Below are positions 11,433 through 23,389 of a stretch of 27,284 nucleotides of DNA, piece after piece. How positions within the stretch are numbered: the stretch's first letter is position 1; the number at the start of each line of letters is the position of its first letter. Origin of the DNA: Octopus sinensis (taxonomy: Eukaryota); contig NW_021832887.1 of NCBI RefSeq assembly GCF_006345805.1, positions 1 to 27,284 of the forward strand, read 5' to 3'. The notes under the pieces are model-generated. The model searched no databases. It saw only the letters and a list, made by a program, of their open reading frames with translations, and was not told the DNA's origin. The translations under genes were made by a program, and so were the position numbers.

Positions 11433-11789
11433 ATTGATTGACTGATTCTTGCTAATCTTGTTGTCTAGCCCCAGGTCGGCTCTGACCGGGCAGAACTAGG
11501 GATCGAAACACATTACTGCCTTCATTCCTTCTCCTTCAGCTGCCTTCTCTTCTGTCTCTTGAATTTAGCTCATAAGGAACTTTTGTTTGGTGGGGGTAGG
11601 GGGAGTGAATTTTGTTTTGTTTTGCTTTTCTTTTCAAATCACTAAGCTACAGTAAAAGTGGTTTGGCCCAAAAGGAGCCGTGCCAGAGAATCGAAACCCA
11701 GAAACGACGGATGTCGTTATAAAATCAACTTCTTTATCACACGACTATGTTCCATGTTTGCGCCAGTATTCTTTTACGTTTTTGCCAGC

Positions 11790-12013
11790 TCTGTCTAGTG
11801 CCAGCTCTGTCTGGCACCTGTGCGGGTGGCACGTAAAAAGCACCCACTACACTCACGGAGTGGTTGGCGTTAGGAAGGGCATCCAGCCGTAGAAACACTG
11901 CCAGATTTGACTGGGCCTGATGAAGCCTTCTGGCTTCACAGACCCCAGTAGAACCGTCCAACCCATGCTAGCATGGAAAACGGACGCTAAACGATGATGA
12001 TGATGATGATGAT
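11790..12013 (+). mobile_element. Retroposon family D with (GAT)n tail
   Basis: ccaacccatgctagcatggaaaacggacgctaaacgatgatgat; related copy at 12795-12950. Confidence 0.75.
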
Positions 12014-12276
12014 GTTTCTATCAACCATCGACTTTACTTGGTCATATCGATCGCAGTTCTTCACTTCAGGTTGGTGCTTTATCGATCTCTATTCATCGGA
12101 TCGCCAAGTTACAGTTTCTGTTTCTAAATAAAGGAACGCAACTTGACATCGGTTTAAAAGATAAACACCAACGTAACAGAAATACAACTCATGTATAAAT
12201 ACATTTATACACACATGAACACACACACACACATACACACACCCACACACATACATGCATACATACATATACATAG

Positions 12277-12432
12277 AGGGAGAATTCACGAAAAAAACAG
12301 AAGACGAAGACAGGTGGTGTAGAAAACAAACAGAGGTATTAGTATAACGCTCGGTAATTGAAAAAGTCTTTAACGTTTCGAGCCTACGCTCTTCCACAGA
12401 AAGGAACACAGAAAAAAACAAGGAGAAAAAAT
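12277..12432 (-). mobile_element. Short hammerhead-bearing repeat, copy 3
   Basis: aagacgaagacaggtggtgtagaaaacaaac...tttcgagcctacgctctt shared with the 2369 copy. Confidence 0.6.
12368..12403 (-). ncRNA. Minimal type I hammerhead-like fold, variant core CUGUGGA
   Basis: Minus strand CUUU-CUGUGGA-A-GAGC-GUAG-GCUC-GAAA-CG-UU-AAAG; palindromic AACGUU stem III. Confidence 0.62.
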
Positions 12433-12458
12433 AATACATACATACATACATTATGACT

Positions 12459-12690
12459 GTGCGGTAAGAAGTTTGCTTACGAACCACATGGTTCCGGGTT
12501 CAGACCAGTCCCGCTGCGTGGCACCTTGGGCAAGTATCTTCTACTGTAGCTTCAGGCCGACCAAAGCCTTGTGAGTAGATTTTGTTGACGGAAACTGAAA
12601 GAAGCCCGTCGTATGTGTGTGCGACTTTGTGTCTGTGTTTGTCGCCCACCAGCGCTTGACAACCGGTGTTGGTGTGTTTACGTATAATTG
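12459..12690 (+). mobile_element. SINE family A, 3'-truncated
   Basis: Head and core motifs. Confidence 0.8.
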
Positions 12691-12794
12691 TAAATATAAC
12701 TCATTCTTCTTTCGTTTGTGCCCACCCAATCACTCACTCACTACACACACACACACACACATACACACACACACACACACATACACACACACAC

Positions 12795-12950
12795 GGGCAG
12801 TGGGTGGCATTTACCTGTAAAAACCATGCAAAACAGACAGTAAAGCATGGTGCAGTCTTCTGGCTAGTCAGCTCCTGTCAAACCGCCCAACCCATGCCAG
12901 CATGAAAAACGGGCGTTGAACGAACGATGATGATGATCATCATCATCATC
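12795..12950 (+). mobile_element. Retroposon family D, second copy
   Basis: ccaacccatgccagcatgaaaaacgggcgttgaacg...gatgatg. Confidence 0.7.
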
Positions 12951-13004
12951 ATGGTTTTGTCTGGCTTGTTCTACTAATTCTGCCATCCACCACCCTAATA
13001 ATAA

Positions 13005-13218
13005 CGGCTTCAAATTTTGGCACAGGGCCAGCAGTTTTTGAGGAGAGGGGTGATTCGATTACATCGACCCCTGTACTCAACTGGTACTTATTTTATCGAC
13101 CCCGAAAGAATGATAGGCAAAGTCGACTTCGGCGGAATTTGAACTCAGAACGCAAAGACGGACGAAATGCCGCTAAACATTTTGCCCAACACAGTAACGA
13201 TTCTCCCAGCTCGCCGAC
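13005..13218 (-). mobile_element. SINE family B, antisense copy
   Basis: Reverse complement of the family B head and body. Confidence 0.85.
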
Positions 13219-13314
13219 TTATCTACCGCATTAATAATCACACACAGAGGCACACATACATACACACACACACACACACATACATACATACATACATACA
13301 TACATACATACATG

Positions 13315-13692
13315 TGGAGGCGCAATGGCCCAGTGGTTAGGGCAGCGGACTCACGGTCATAGGATCGCGGTTTCGATTCCCAGACTGGGCGTTGTGAGTG
13401 TTTATTGAGCGAAAACACCTAAAAGCTCCACGAGGCTCCGGCAGGGGATGGTGATCCCTGCTGTACTCTTTCACCACAACTTTCTCTCGCTCTTTCTTCC
13501 TGTTTCTCTTGTACCTGTATTTCAAAGAGCCAGCCTTGTCACACTCTGTGTCATGCTGGATCTCCTCTAGAACTACGTTAAGGGTACATGTGCTGTGGAG
13601 TGCTCAGCCACTTGCACGTTAATATCACGAGCAAGCTGTTCCGTTGATCGTATCAGCTGGGACCCTCATCGTCGCAACCGACGGAGTGCTTC
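13315..13692 (+). mobile_element. tRNA-derived SINE family C
   Basis: tggcccagtggttagg A-box, ggtttcgattccc B-box; inverse copies at 17421 and 22633. Confidence 0.88.
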
Positions 13693-13823
13693 TACTACAT
13701 ACATACATACATACATACATACATACATACATACATACATACAAACAAACAAACAAAATTTGGGTTGCTTTCAATTTTGTCGAACATTTGCAACTGAGCT
13801 TCAATTTTTGCTTCATTCGACAG

Positions 13824-14023
13824 GTATTTTGTTTTACATGTTCACTCCAAGTCAGAGGCATTATCGCAGTTACGAATTGGCAATTCAACACGGCGCCGAT
13901 GTGAACACGGTGGCTAAAGATGGTACGAGCGCCTTGCAGCTGGGATGTGAATCTGCAGTTGAGAACGAAGAAATTTGCCTCGGTCTTCTCAGAGACGGAA
14001 TAAACCCCGATATACGACCTCCG
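13824..14023 (+). CDS. ANKEF1: ANKEF1-like coding exon 3 ((G)ILFYMFTPSQRHYR...HGADVN...GINPDIRPP)
   Basis: Acceptor CAG 13821-13823, phase 1 entry; donor CCG|GTAAAT at 14024, phase 0; matches ANKEF1 GVLFYCILPTKRHYRC...HGADVN as recalled. Confidence 0.92.
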
Positions 14024-14032
14024 GTAAATAAA

Positions 14033-14062
<30 letters not shown>

Positions 14063-14067
<5 letters not shown>

Positions 14068-15225
14068 AGATAAGAAAATGGAGAAATACATCTAAATCAA
14101 ATATCAATTACCAGATAATACTCAATCACATACTTTATTAAACCACCACATAAGAGACTGTAGGGTTAAATATAAAAAGCAGAACAAATCAGTGTACATA
14201 AAGGAATGTACATAAAAAAGTGTACATAAAAGAGTAATGTTGTATAATAATTAGAATATATATAAAAAAGAATATAAATACAAGTAAATATAAATATAAG
14301 TATAAATTAGATCTTACAGCTGTTTCAGCCATGTCGATAATTATGTCTCATTTTACCAATATTAGCCCTTTATGGTTGGTCAATATATAGATATAAATGA
14401 GTTGATTTAGATGTATTTCTCCATTTTCTTATCTTGTATTAGTAATTTGTGGTAAATCATTTTACCTTTGCCCATATAATACAGTAAATGAATTGATTGC
14501 ATCGCAATCATTAACATTTATGTATTAACTTTGTTGGGTACTTCACTAGCAGTATATTGGATATACGTTATCCCATAGAGGGTTGCATTTACAACCCCTA
14601 TCTCAATTTGTATATATATATATATATATAGGTATTTTGAGTATCTGTTTTACCATCTATTTTCTTGTTCTTATTGGATAGTATAGGAAGCATGTTTTTT
14701 ATATATCAATATTATTATTATTATATTATTATAACTTTGTAGTCATGTATATCCTCTGACGAGGCCTAGGGTTATTTAAACAGACAAATATAATCTTTAC
14801 TGCCTAAGACTATACTATAATGGCATATATGAGCAATTTAAGGCGGATTGCCTCTTGATCATAGGCTGAAACAGCTGTAAGGAGCAGTTTATTTGTATTA
14901 TTTTTATTGTATTGTTAATTTGCATATTGATGTATATTGTTTTGTTCGATTTTCGTGTTCCTATTTATATAATCAATAAATAATATGAAATTGTAATATC
15001 TGTAAGTTGATGATCGAAATGAATTTGTTCCTCCATTTTCTTATTTGTATTATGAATTTACGGTAAAATATTTTACCTTCACCCATCCGATACAATAAAT
15101 GAATTAATTGCTTTGCAATTAAAAGCATTTATGTATTTAGTATTTGGGTACTTTACCAGCAGTATATTGGATAACTGATATCCCATAGTGGGTTACCCTC
15201 ATAATCCCTATCTTACTTTATACTA
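14063..15225. mobile_element. Cluster of Penelope-like repeat fragments in inverted and direct orientation
   Basis: 38-bp perfect inverted repeat 14063-14100 / 14402-14439; diverged direct repeat ~14418-14605 / ~15030-15210; GGCTGAAACAGCTGTAAG on both strands; (TA)n ends. Confidence 0.55.
14752..14883 (+). ncRNA. Type I hammerhead ribozyme fold with long stem II loop
   Basis: UCCU-CUGACGA-GGCCUA-(93 nt)-UAGGCU-GAAA-CAGCUG-UA-AGGA; intact core, palindromic stem III, GUA triplet. Confidence 0.7.
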
Positions 15226-15251
15226 TATGTATATATATATATATATATATA

Positions 15252-15518
15252 TAATTAGTGTACATTTAAACACAAAAAGTGACCTTAACAGGATACCTTA
15301 CATGCTAGAAAGAACAGTCAAAGTCCCAAACCACGGTTAAGAGCAATTTCGAAGGGAATGAAAAATAAAAACATTTGCAATATTGTAAATGTTTTTATTT
15401 TTATTTTTCATTCCCTTCGAAATTGCTCTTAATCATGGTTTGGACTTTGGCTGTTCTTTCTAGCATGTAAGGTGTCCTGTTAGGGTCACCTTTTTTGTGT
15501 TTAAATGTACACTAATTA
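15252..15518. mobile_element. Long fold-back MITE related to 6701-6833
   Basis: ~130-bp near-perfect inverted arms centred on CAATATTG; shares gtgtacatttaaacaca and atgctagaaaga with the 6701 element. Confidence 0.75.
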
Positions 15519-15876
15519 TTTGTGAAAAATTTGTTTCTATTGACTATTTTACTAATTTATACATGCTAGCCACTGGTAGAACACAGACTAAGTCAGAAGA
15601 ATTGAAATAAATTTAGATGTTACAAAGCCTCGCTTTCCTACTGCAGGAAAAAGATGACAGTAGGAGTTTCCTGACAGACCGTCTTATTATTTGTTGACTG
15701 ATCCTCAGAGAAGTGAGTCCGGCAGAAAGATATCACTCGAAAACTTCGTGTTGGATGTTTGATCCACCTTCTTTTGTTTCTTTCTGTTGTTTTTTTCTCC
15801 AGCCACTACTACCAGCTTCTTTTTCATTCCTTTATTTATTTATTTATTTTTTTTTTTGTTCTTCTACTTATTTCAG

Positions 15877-16150
15877 AAAACTAATCACACACCTCTAATG
15901 TCAGCCGCCCAAAGCGGCAGTGCAAAAGTCGTTAAGGCCATTCTTGAGAAAAGGGGAGATCCGAATATCAAGGACTGGAAGCGAAACAGAGCTGCCCACT
16001 TTGCCGCTGCCTACGGTCATTTCGAGGTTCTGGCGGCCTTGGCTGGTTATGGTGCAGATTTCGATTGTGCAAATGTTGAAGGAAATACCGCGCTCCACCT
16101 AGCGGCAAAAGGAAACTTCACCTTGTGCTGCCGATTCTTGGCTCAGAGAG
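15877..16150 (+). CDS. ANKEF1: ANKEF1-like coding exon 4, ankyrin repeats (KTNHTPLMSAA...AAHFAA...GNTALHLAA...FLAQR)
   Basis: Acceptor TTTCAG 15871-15876; donor G|GTAAAT at 16151 (phase 1); canonical TPLM/TALH ankyrin motifs. Confidence 0.95.
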
Positions 16151-16601
16151 GTAAATCATTTACTTGTGCTTAACTACATAAATTCTTGTTTGTATTTTGC
16201 TGTATTATTCCGTAAATCTTTCACGGTGTTACTAGAGGCATTTAGGGATTGGAAATGGTTCAACTGTATTCCCAATGTGTCACGTTGAGGCATATGGCGT
16301 CACATTCCCTCACATGTTGTTACGCTGCGTCAGAATGGGCCAGATTCCGTCAGATAGTCTGAAACTGAGTTCGATTCTGTTGTATTAAAGTTCGATTATA
16401 TCAGACTTTAAACCACACGATATGTGCGTATATATGTATATGTGTGTAGGTAGATACATGCGCACGCACACATGTATATTCATATGTATACATGCATTCA
16501 TACATATATATATATATATATACGTACATATACAAACACTTTGTGTGTATATATATATAGATATACATATATACATATATTTTATGTGTGTATATATATG
16601 T

Positions 16602-16634
<33 letters not shown>

Positions 16635-17420
16635 GCCAAAGCATGGTCACAGCTCTTGAGTAAAAGAAATATATAGAAACATGAGTATGTGTGTGCGCAT
16701 GCGCACATGCATTTATCCATTAAATATAATAAAAGCAGATTAAGTTGAAATATGTATCATTAAGTATGTATCATACTTAATGTAAATACACCGTTGAAAT
16801 GCAAATCTGCTGCAGTATTCATCCAGAAATAACATCTCTTATGGGTGTGCTGAATTTATTAACACAATATATATCAGAGGGAGAGAAAAATCGTCCGAGC
16901 AGCGGCTCACGAGAACGCCAGATGTAAGGAAGCTACAACATGACATGGGTTACGCCACCTTTTACCTAAACGGTGAAGACTAATATAATAAAACCTCTTT
17001 TTTAGTTTCCATTGTTAAACAGTTAGCATTCAGCCAGAGATACCAATGAACAGAATTACGTATAGGAATGCTGTTGCCGTCTTCTTATTATTATTGTTTT
17101 CTTCTTCTTCTTCTTCTTCTTCTTCTTCTTCTTCCGAATCAGGACTCGCGCCATTAGCCACAAAGAATAATCTCTAATTCGAGCCTACTCTAAGCTACTA
17201 AGAATGCGTGTGGCAACTTGAAGATCCACCCACCACACACGATAGACTGGCGGTTGCACGGGCACGAAAGCTACGTTGTTATCCTCATTCCGTAAACGGT
17301 GGCTTTTAACGGGTGGAGAACTGAACCATCCTGGGGTACGGAGGATTCGCAATCTAGACTAGGGTCTGAAAGTTTACCACACCATAGTGGGTTACACCAT
17401 GGTTCCTCTGCTTTGTGGCA

Positions 17421-17602
17421 GAAGTAGAAAGAAAGAGTGAGAGAAAGTTCTAGTGAAAGAGTACAGTGGGGTTTACCGCCCTCCCCCGCCGGAGCCTCGT
17501 GGAACTCAGATGTTTTTGCTCAATAAACACTCTCAATACCCGGTCTGGGAATCGAAACCGCGTTCTTACGACCGCGAGTCCACTGCCCTAACCACTGGGC
17601 CA
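17421..17602 (-). mobile_element. SINE family C, 5' half
   Basis: Reverse complement of ~13325-13500. Confidence 0.82.
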
Positions 17603-18450
17603 TATATATATATATATATAAAGCATAAAGTTATGTGTGAGAGGTGAACTGAAGCAAATAAAGCTTTCTGTATTTGTATCAGTTTGTGAATATATTATTG
17701 ATAATACTGAGCATACATATTGGTGTAAACATATGCGCATAATTTTGCACCCTGAAATAATGCTACATGACGAAGGTTACGAAACGGCTGTAATCATATG
17801 GAAGTCAAAAATCTGTATTCACGTCCCACACCTCCTGACTATGCTCTATTTTCTCTGCACGGGAAAATTTTATTATTTCCTGGATTTTTAATTTCAAAGA
17901 TATATTACATTACATAAATGCAATAATTGATCGCCACGTGAACTGATAGCCGATTCCGAACGGGGAGCTTACTGTGGATACCGACTTATTCTCTGAATCC
18001 AAAATTTTTTCTACTCTTGTTTTAGATCTGTGTGTATGTGTGTGTGTGTGCGTGTACGTGCATGTGTGTAATGTGTGCAGTATGTGTGTACATGCAGGCA
18101 TCTATGTGTATGTCTGTCTACCTGCTTGTGTGTGTGTGTGTGTCTGTCTGCGTATGTATGTGTGTGTATGTGTGCCCACGTCACTATATGATTTATAATC
18201 TGTTTTGTATGACACGTTTTGGATTGTATGAGTCCCTGTGACCAATAATGAATTTATCATCATCATCATCATCATCATTTTTTTTTTCCTTTTTTCGGCA
18301 AACTCAGACGTCACTTCTAGCTTAGTTTTTAGCCGCCAGGCGTCACTGTCAAAATCTCGCTGTATATAACAGTGCAAATAACAAAGCAGCGCCGTTGCAT
18401 TCATATCATTTTGTTTGCTGTCCATATATATACATACATATATACACACA

Positions 18451-18483
<33 letters not shown>

Positions 18484-18583
18484 CACACACACATTTATAT
18501 ATACATATGCATACATATATGTATGTATATATAAATGTGTATGTATATATAATAAATGTGTATATATATATATATATAGACAC

Positions 18584-18634
<51 letters not shown>

Positions 18635-18663
18635 TACATATATGTATGTATAATAAATGTGTA

Positions 18664-18699
<36 letters not shown>

Positions 18700-18901
18700 G
18701 GTATATATATATATACACATTTATATATAATATATATTATATATCATATATATATATATATGATACTGGTGTTTGTTGTTGTCAGTTGTTGTCGTCTTGT
18801 TATTGTTGTTGTTGTTGGTGGTGGTGGTGGTGATGGTGGTATGATGGCGGCGGCAACCATTCTTGTAGATGTCGCTAATTCGTTGATGGTTGTCGTCGTC
18901 G

Positions 18902-18947
<46 letters not shown>

Positions 18948-19499
18948 GCCGTTATTGTTATGATGCCAGTAACTCAATGCCGGTAAGTGTGGATGTTCAC
19001 TGAGATGATGGCCTCGGGCTGGCAATTTACCGTATATTAACAGTTGGATAATAAAAAAAAAACAAAAAAAAAGAAAATATAAAAAGTAAAAAAAAAAAGA
19101 TGGGTGGAGCGAGAAGTGGGGAGGAAGGATTGTGTCAGCTCATCAGAAGTTCTCGACTGAAGCAATCAGCGCTTAATTACTAGCTTCTTTTGATGAGTAA
19201 ATTCAATCGCGTTTCTGTTTTTGCATGTGTCTGTGTGTGTGTGTGTTTGTGTGTGTGTGTTGGTGGTGGAGATGAGGTGGTAGGTGATTGGGGGATACGG
19301 TGAGTAGGGGTAGGGGTAGGGTTATGGATAGGAAGTTGTGGGACTGCGAAGTTTTGGATTGGGTGTCGTGGCGTACGTGGAGTGTGGATGAGGTGGCCTT
19401 TGAGGAAGACGGTGTTATTTTGGAGGAAGTGGGGTGGGGTGGGGGGTGGGGGAGTGGGGCGGTCGAGGTTGTTGTTTTGTTGGTTATGTACACATTTCT

Positions 19500-19667
19500 G
19501 ACTGTGATGATGATGATGAGTGAGGAGGAGGAGGAGGACAACGACGACAACGATTATGATGATGATAGTGGTGGTGGTGCTGGTGACCTTGATGAAGATT
19601 ATGACGATGCTGAAGATGACGGTAGATGATGATAGTGATGATGATGAGGAGGAGGAGGGGGAGGATA

Positions 19668-19699
<32 letters not shown>

Positions 19700-20098
19700 G
19701 AGGAGGAGTATGATGATGATGGTGGAGGTGACCTTGATAATTATGATGATGATAGATGATGATGGTGATGATGATGGTGATGATGATGGTGATGATGATG
19801 AGTAGAAAGTTATGAATGGTCAACGAGGACGAAGAAGGGAATAATGAAATAAAGAAAAAACAATTGTGTTGATGATGATCGTGATAATGGTGGTGATAAT
19901 AGCGGCAGGGAGACAATGACGATGTTGTTGTTGTGATGGTGGTGGTGGTGGTGGTATCATGGAAAGTTATGAATGGCCAACAAATGAAGATGACGACGAC
20001 GACGGCGACGATGACGGAAAAGCTGGAGAAAATGAAAATGAGGAAGAAAATAGAAAAATGATGATGGTGGTGGTGATGATGATGATAGTGATGATGTG

Positions 20099-20160
<62 letters not shown>

Positions 20161-20174
20161 GACAACGACGACGA

Positions 20175-20208
<34 letters not shown>

Positions 20209-20221
20209 GGTGATGGTGTTG

Positions 20222-20253
<32 letters not shown>

Positions 20254-20285
20254 GGTGGTGGTGATGATGATGATGATGATGATAT
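19500..20285. repeat. Compound (GAT/GGT/GAG)n array
   Basis: Directly visible. Confidence 0.9.
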
Positions 20286-20430
20286 AGCGGCTATTGTTGT
20301 TAACAATTTTAGATTTTCCCTTTTCATCTATTTATTTTGACATTTTTATATTATTATTTTTATTATTATTATTATTATTTAATCTTTCTCTGTTGCAACT
20401 GTCAAATCTTATTGCATTTACTGTTCTACA

Positions 20431-20470
<40 letters not shown>

Positions 20471-21304
20471 ACAAACACGCAAGCACATACGCCTTACATA
20501 TTCACACACTCATGCTAACATATATATATACATACAATATACTTATGCACATTAACATACTCACCTACACAGACACACATGCATGGGTGCTAACACATTC
20601 ATGCACACCAACACACACACACACACACACACACATACACATAGACACACGAGGAGAGAGGAAACAGAAAGATAGGAGGCGGCAAGAAGAGCTATAAGAA
20701 ATTGTTAAACAAGAACATCAGGAACGGATGTCCTATCATTTTGTAAGGATGCGGCTGAGATGAGGAGGAGGAGGGGGAGGGAGGAGGAGGAGGGGTATTG
20801 TTGTCTACAACAACAGAAACAACGACTCCAACAGCGATAACGTCTGGGGGAGCCTGTGTGTCGTTTATCGTCATACAAGAAATAGATCTCAACTAAACGT
20901 CCCTCAAATCGGACTCTACCGGTTTTTTTTTTTTAGAACACGCTTGCTTATGTGGTCCAAGGCGCAGCAGTGCGCCAAAGAAAGTGCGGAATAGTCACGA
21001 TTAGAATGTCCATGTTGAAAGGTCTGATGATCGATAAGCGCTGACTTGGGGGGGGCGGAAGGTTAAGCTATAGCAAGAACAATATTCCTGTATGCAGTTG
21101 CTTATATTGAATAATTTCTGGTATCTGTGGTTGAAGGGCAAGTGTTCATCAATGAAATCTAAAAGAATGGTTTTTACTAAATTAGTTTTGACATTTTAAG
21201 TGAAAGGTGGAGTAAACCATGTTATGTTGTGGCTTCTTTTCTTAATGATGGCTTTTTTAGGTGATTTTTTGTGAGAAGAGGATAATGCAGTATTTAAGTA
21301 TGAC

Positions 21305-21536
21305 AAAGCGGCGAGCTGGCAGAGACGTTAGCACGCCGGGCGAAATGCTTAGCGGTATTTCGTCTGCGTTATGTTGTGAGTTCAAATTCCGCCGAGGTCG
21401 ACTTTGCCTTTCATCCTTTCGGGGTCAATAAATTAAGTACCAGTTATGCACTGAGGTCGATGTAATCGACTTAATACCTATGTCTGTCCTTGTTTGTCCC
21501 CTCTGTGTTTAGCCCCTTGTGGGTAATAAAGAAATA
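21305..21536 (+). mobile_element. SINE family B monomer with ~16-bp TSD
   Basis: AGTATTTAAGTATGAC (21289-21304) and AGTATTTAAGCATGAC (21537-21552). Confidence 0.9.
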
Positions 21537-21915
21537 AGTATTTAAGCATGACCTTGGTCCAGTTGTGTGTGATTTGGTGTATATGTGTCTATGTATGTGT
21601 ATGCGTGTGTATGAGTCTGTGCAAACTTTGTATGTTGTTGCTTAACTACAGATGGTGCCCAGTGCAACAGGCCTCTAATTAAAGATGTCTTAATTCTGAC
21701 TATCCAGTCTCATTTCAACAGATATTTTGTGTCTAGAACCATATTATTGGTTGGGCCTTTTCTTTTAAAACAGCATGTAATTTGTGAGAAATTTGGGTGC
21801 TATTTCTTGCAAGTCGAGTGGTTATGGTGCAACCCTCTCATCAGCCAGGATATCTGTCTGTCTATCTAAATGTACATACGTATATGTATGTATAAATGTA
21901 CGTACGTATGTATGC

Positions 21916-22081
21916 AGGAGTGGCTGTGTGGTAAGTAGCTTGTTTACCAGCCACATGGTTCCAGGTTCAGTCCCACTGCGTGGCATCTTGGGCAAGTGTC
22001 TTCTGCTATAGCCCCGGGCCGACCAATGCCTTGTGAGTGGATTTGGTAGACGGAAACTGAAAGAAGCCTGTCGTATATATG

Positions 22082-22115
<34 letters not shown>

Positions 22116-22325
22116 CTTGTGTGTCTGTGTTTGTCCCCCTAGCATTGCTTGACAACCAATGCTGGTGTGTTTACGCCCCCGTCACTTAGCGGTTCGGCAA
22201 AAGAGACCGATAGAATAAGTACTGGGCTTACAAAGAATAAGTCCCGGGGTCGATTTGCTCGACTAAAGGCGGTGCTCCAGCATGGCCGCAGTCAAATGAC
22301 TGAAACAAGTAAAAGAGAAAGAAAA
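21916..22325 (+). mobile_element. SINE family A, full length
   Basis: Near-identical to 10985-11432. Confidence 0.9.
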
Positions 22326-22360
22326 AGAGAGATACTCTGCATGTATGTCTGTGCATATAT

Positions 22361-22555
22361 CTTTGGGTAAAAGAAAATACAGGAGAATCAGTTAATTATG
22401 ATTTTATTCAACATATACCCCTCTCAGATTCACACACCTATTGTAGCCACCCTTCAGTATTTTCTAAGCCCTGCAAAAGAACACCGAAGGTTGGGCCTCC
22501 AACCAGGCTTTACGCGACACCCTTAAAGCCAGGAACCTTTCAGCACCCCCTCGTA
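22361..22555 (-). mobile_element. Mariner-derived MITE with transposase C-terminal remnant
   Basis: Minus strand starts TACGAGGGGGTGCTGAAA; decayed FLQGLE...RCVNLRG.YVE* resembles a mariner C-terminus; right TIR truncated. Confidence 0.6.
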
Positions 22556-22632
22556 CATACATAAACAGGAGTGACAAAGATGTCACCAAGCCCCCACATT
22601 GTAACAGAAAATTTTGGCTATGCTACGGATGG

Positions 22633-23022
22633 AAGCACTCCGTCGGTTATGACGATGAAGGTTCTGGTTGATCCGAATCAACGGAACAGCCTGCTCGTGA
22701 ATTAACGTGTAAGGGCTGAGAGCACTCCACAGACACGTGTACCCTTAACGTAGTTCTCGGGGATATTCAGCGTGACAACAGAGAGTGACAAGGCTGGCCC
22801 TTTGAAATACAGGTACAACAGAAGAAACAGGAAGTAAGAGTGAGAGAAAGTTGTGTGTGAAAGGTACAACAGGGATCACCACCATCCCCTGCCGGAGCCT
22901 CGTGGGCTTTAAGTGTTTTCGCTCAATAAACACTCACAACGCAAACTCCCGGTCTGGGAATCGAAACCGCGATCCTATGACCGCGAGTCCGCTGCCCAAC
23001 CACTGGGCCCATTGCGCCTCCA
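22633..23022 (-). mobile_element. SINE family C, full length, antisense
   Basis: Reverse complement of 13315-13692. Confidence 0.88.
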
Positions 23023-23192
23023 CGGCTATGCTATACCAGGTGTTAAGGCTCTTGCTCACATTTTCAGCGTGCCCCAAACTATTTACCGATATTACCTAGC
23101 CTTGAACAATGACATGCTACAAAAGCTATTTACCATACTATCCACCCATCCGCTATGCTATCAGCACGAAGGTCGCTCTTGCAGCTGTTCTG

Positions 23193-23291
23193 CAGTTTTT
23201 CTAAGCCCTGTAAAAGAACTCGGAAGGTTAGGACTCCAACCAGGCCTTTCGCGACACCCTTAACGCCAGGAACTTTTCACCACCCCCATCG
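23193..23291 (-). mobile_element. Partial second copy of the mariner-derived MITE
   Basis: Direct repeat of ~22456-22552. Confidence 0.6.
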
Positions 23292-23389
23292 AATAAACTG
23301 AACATGGACAAAATTTGTGCGAAGTTTTTTTTTTTTTTTCCAGGGTGCTCAATGACCGAGATGAGTAAACATGTAGCAGTAAGAAAAGA

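Noticed and set aside
11917-11940. CUGAUGA followed by an AGCC-UUCU-GGCU hairpin
   Set aside because: No GAAA or NUH follows and no stem I partner exists; coincidental in family D.
13315-13395. tRNA-like sequences here and at other SINE heads
   Set aside because: No complete cloverleaf or acceptor stem; they continue into SINE bodies, so they are not tRNA genes.
16694-16782. TGCGCATGCGCA palindrome (NRF1-like) and an 11-bp hairpin at 16758-16782
   Set aside because: Both are readily produced by decay of RY microsatellites or AT-rich slippage; there is no promoter context.
17767-17797. AUGACGA...GAAACGGCUGUA hammerhead-like string
   Set aside because: Core C3 is missing, and stem II and stem I cannot form.
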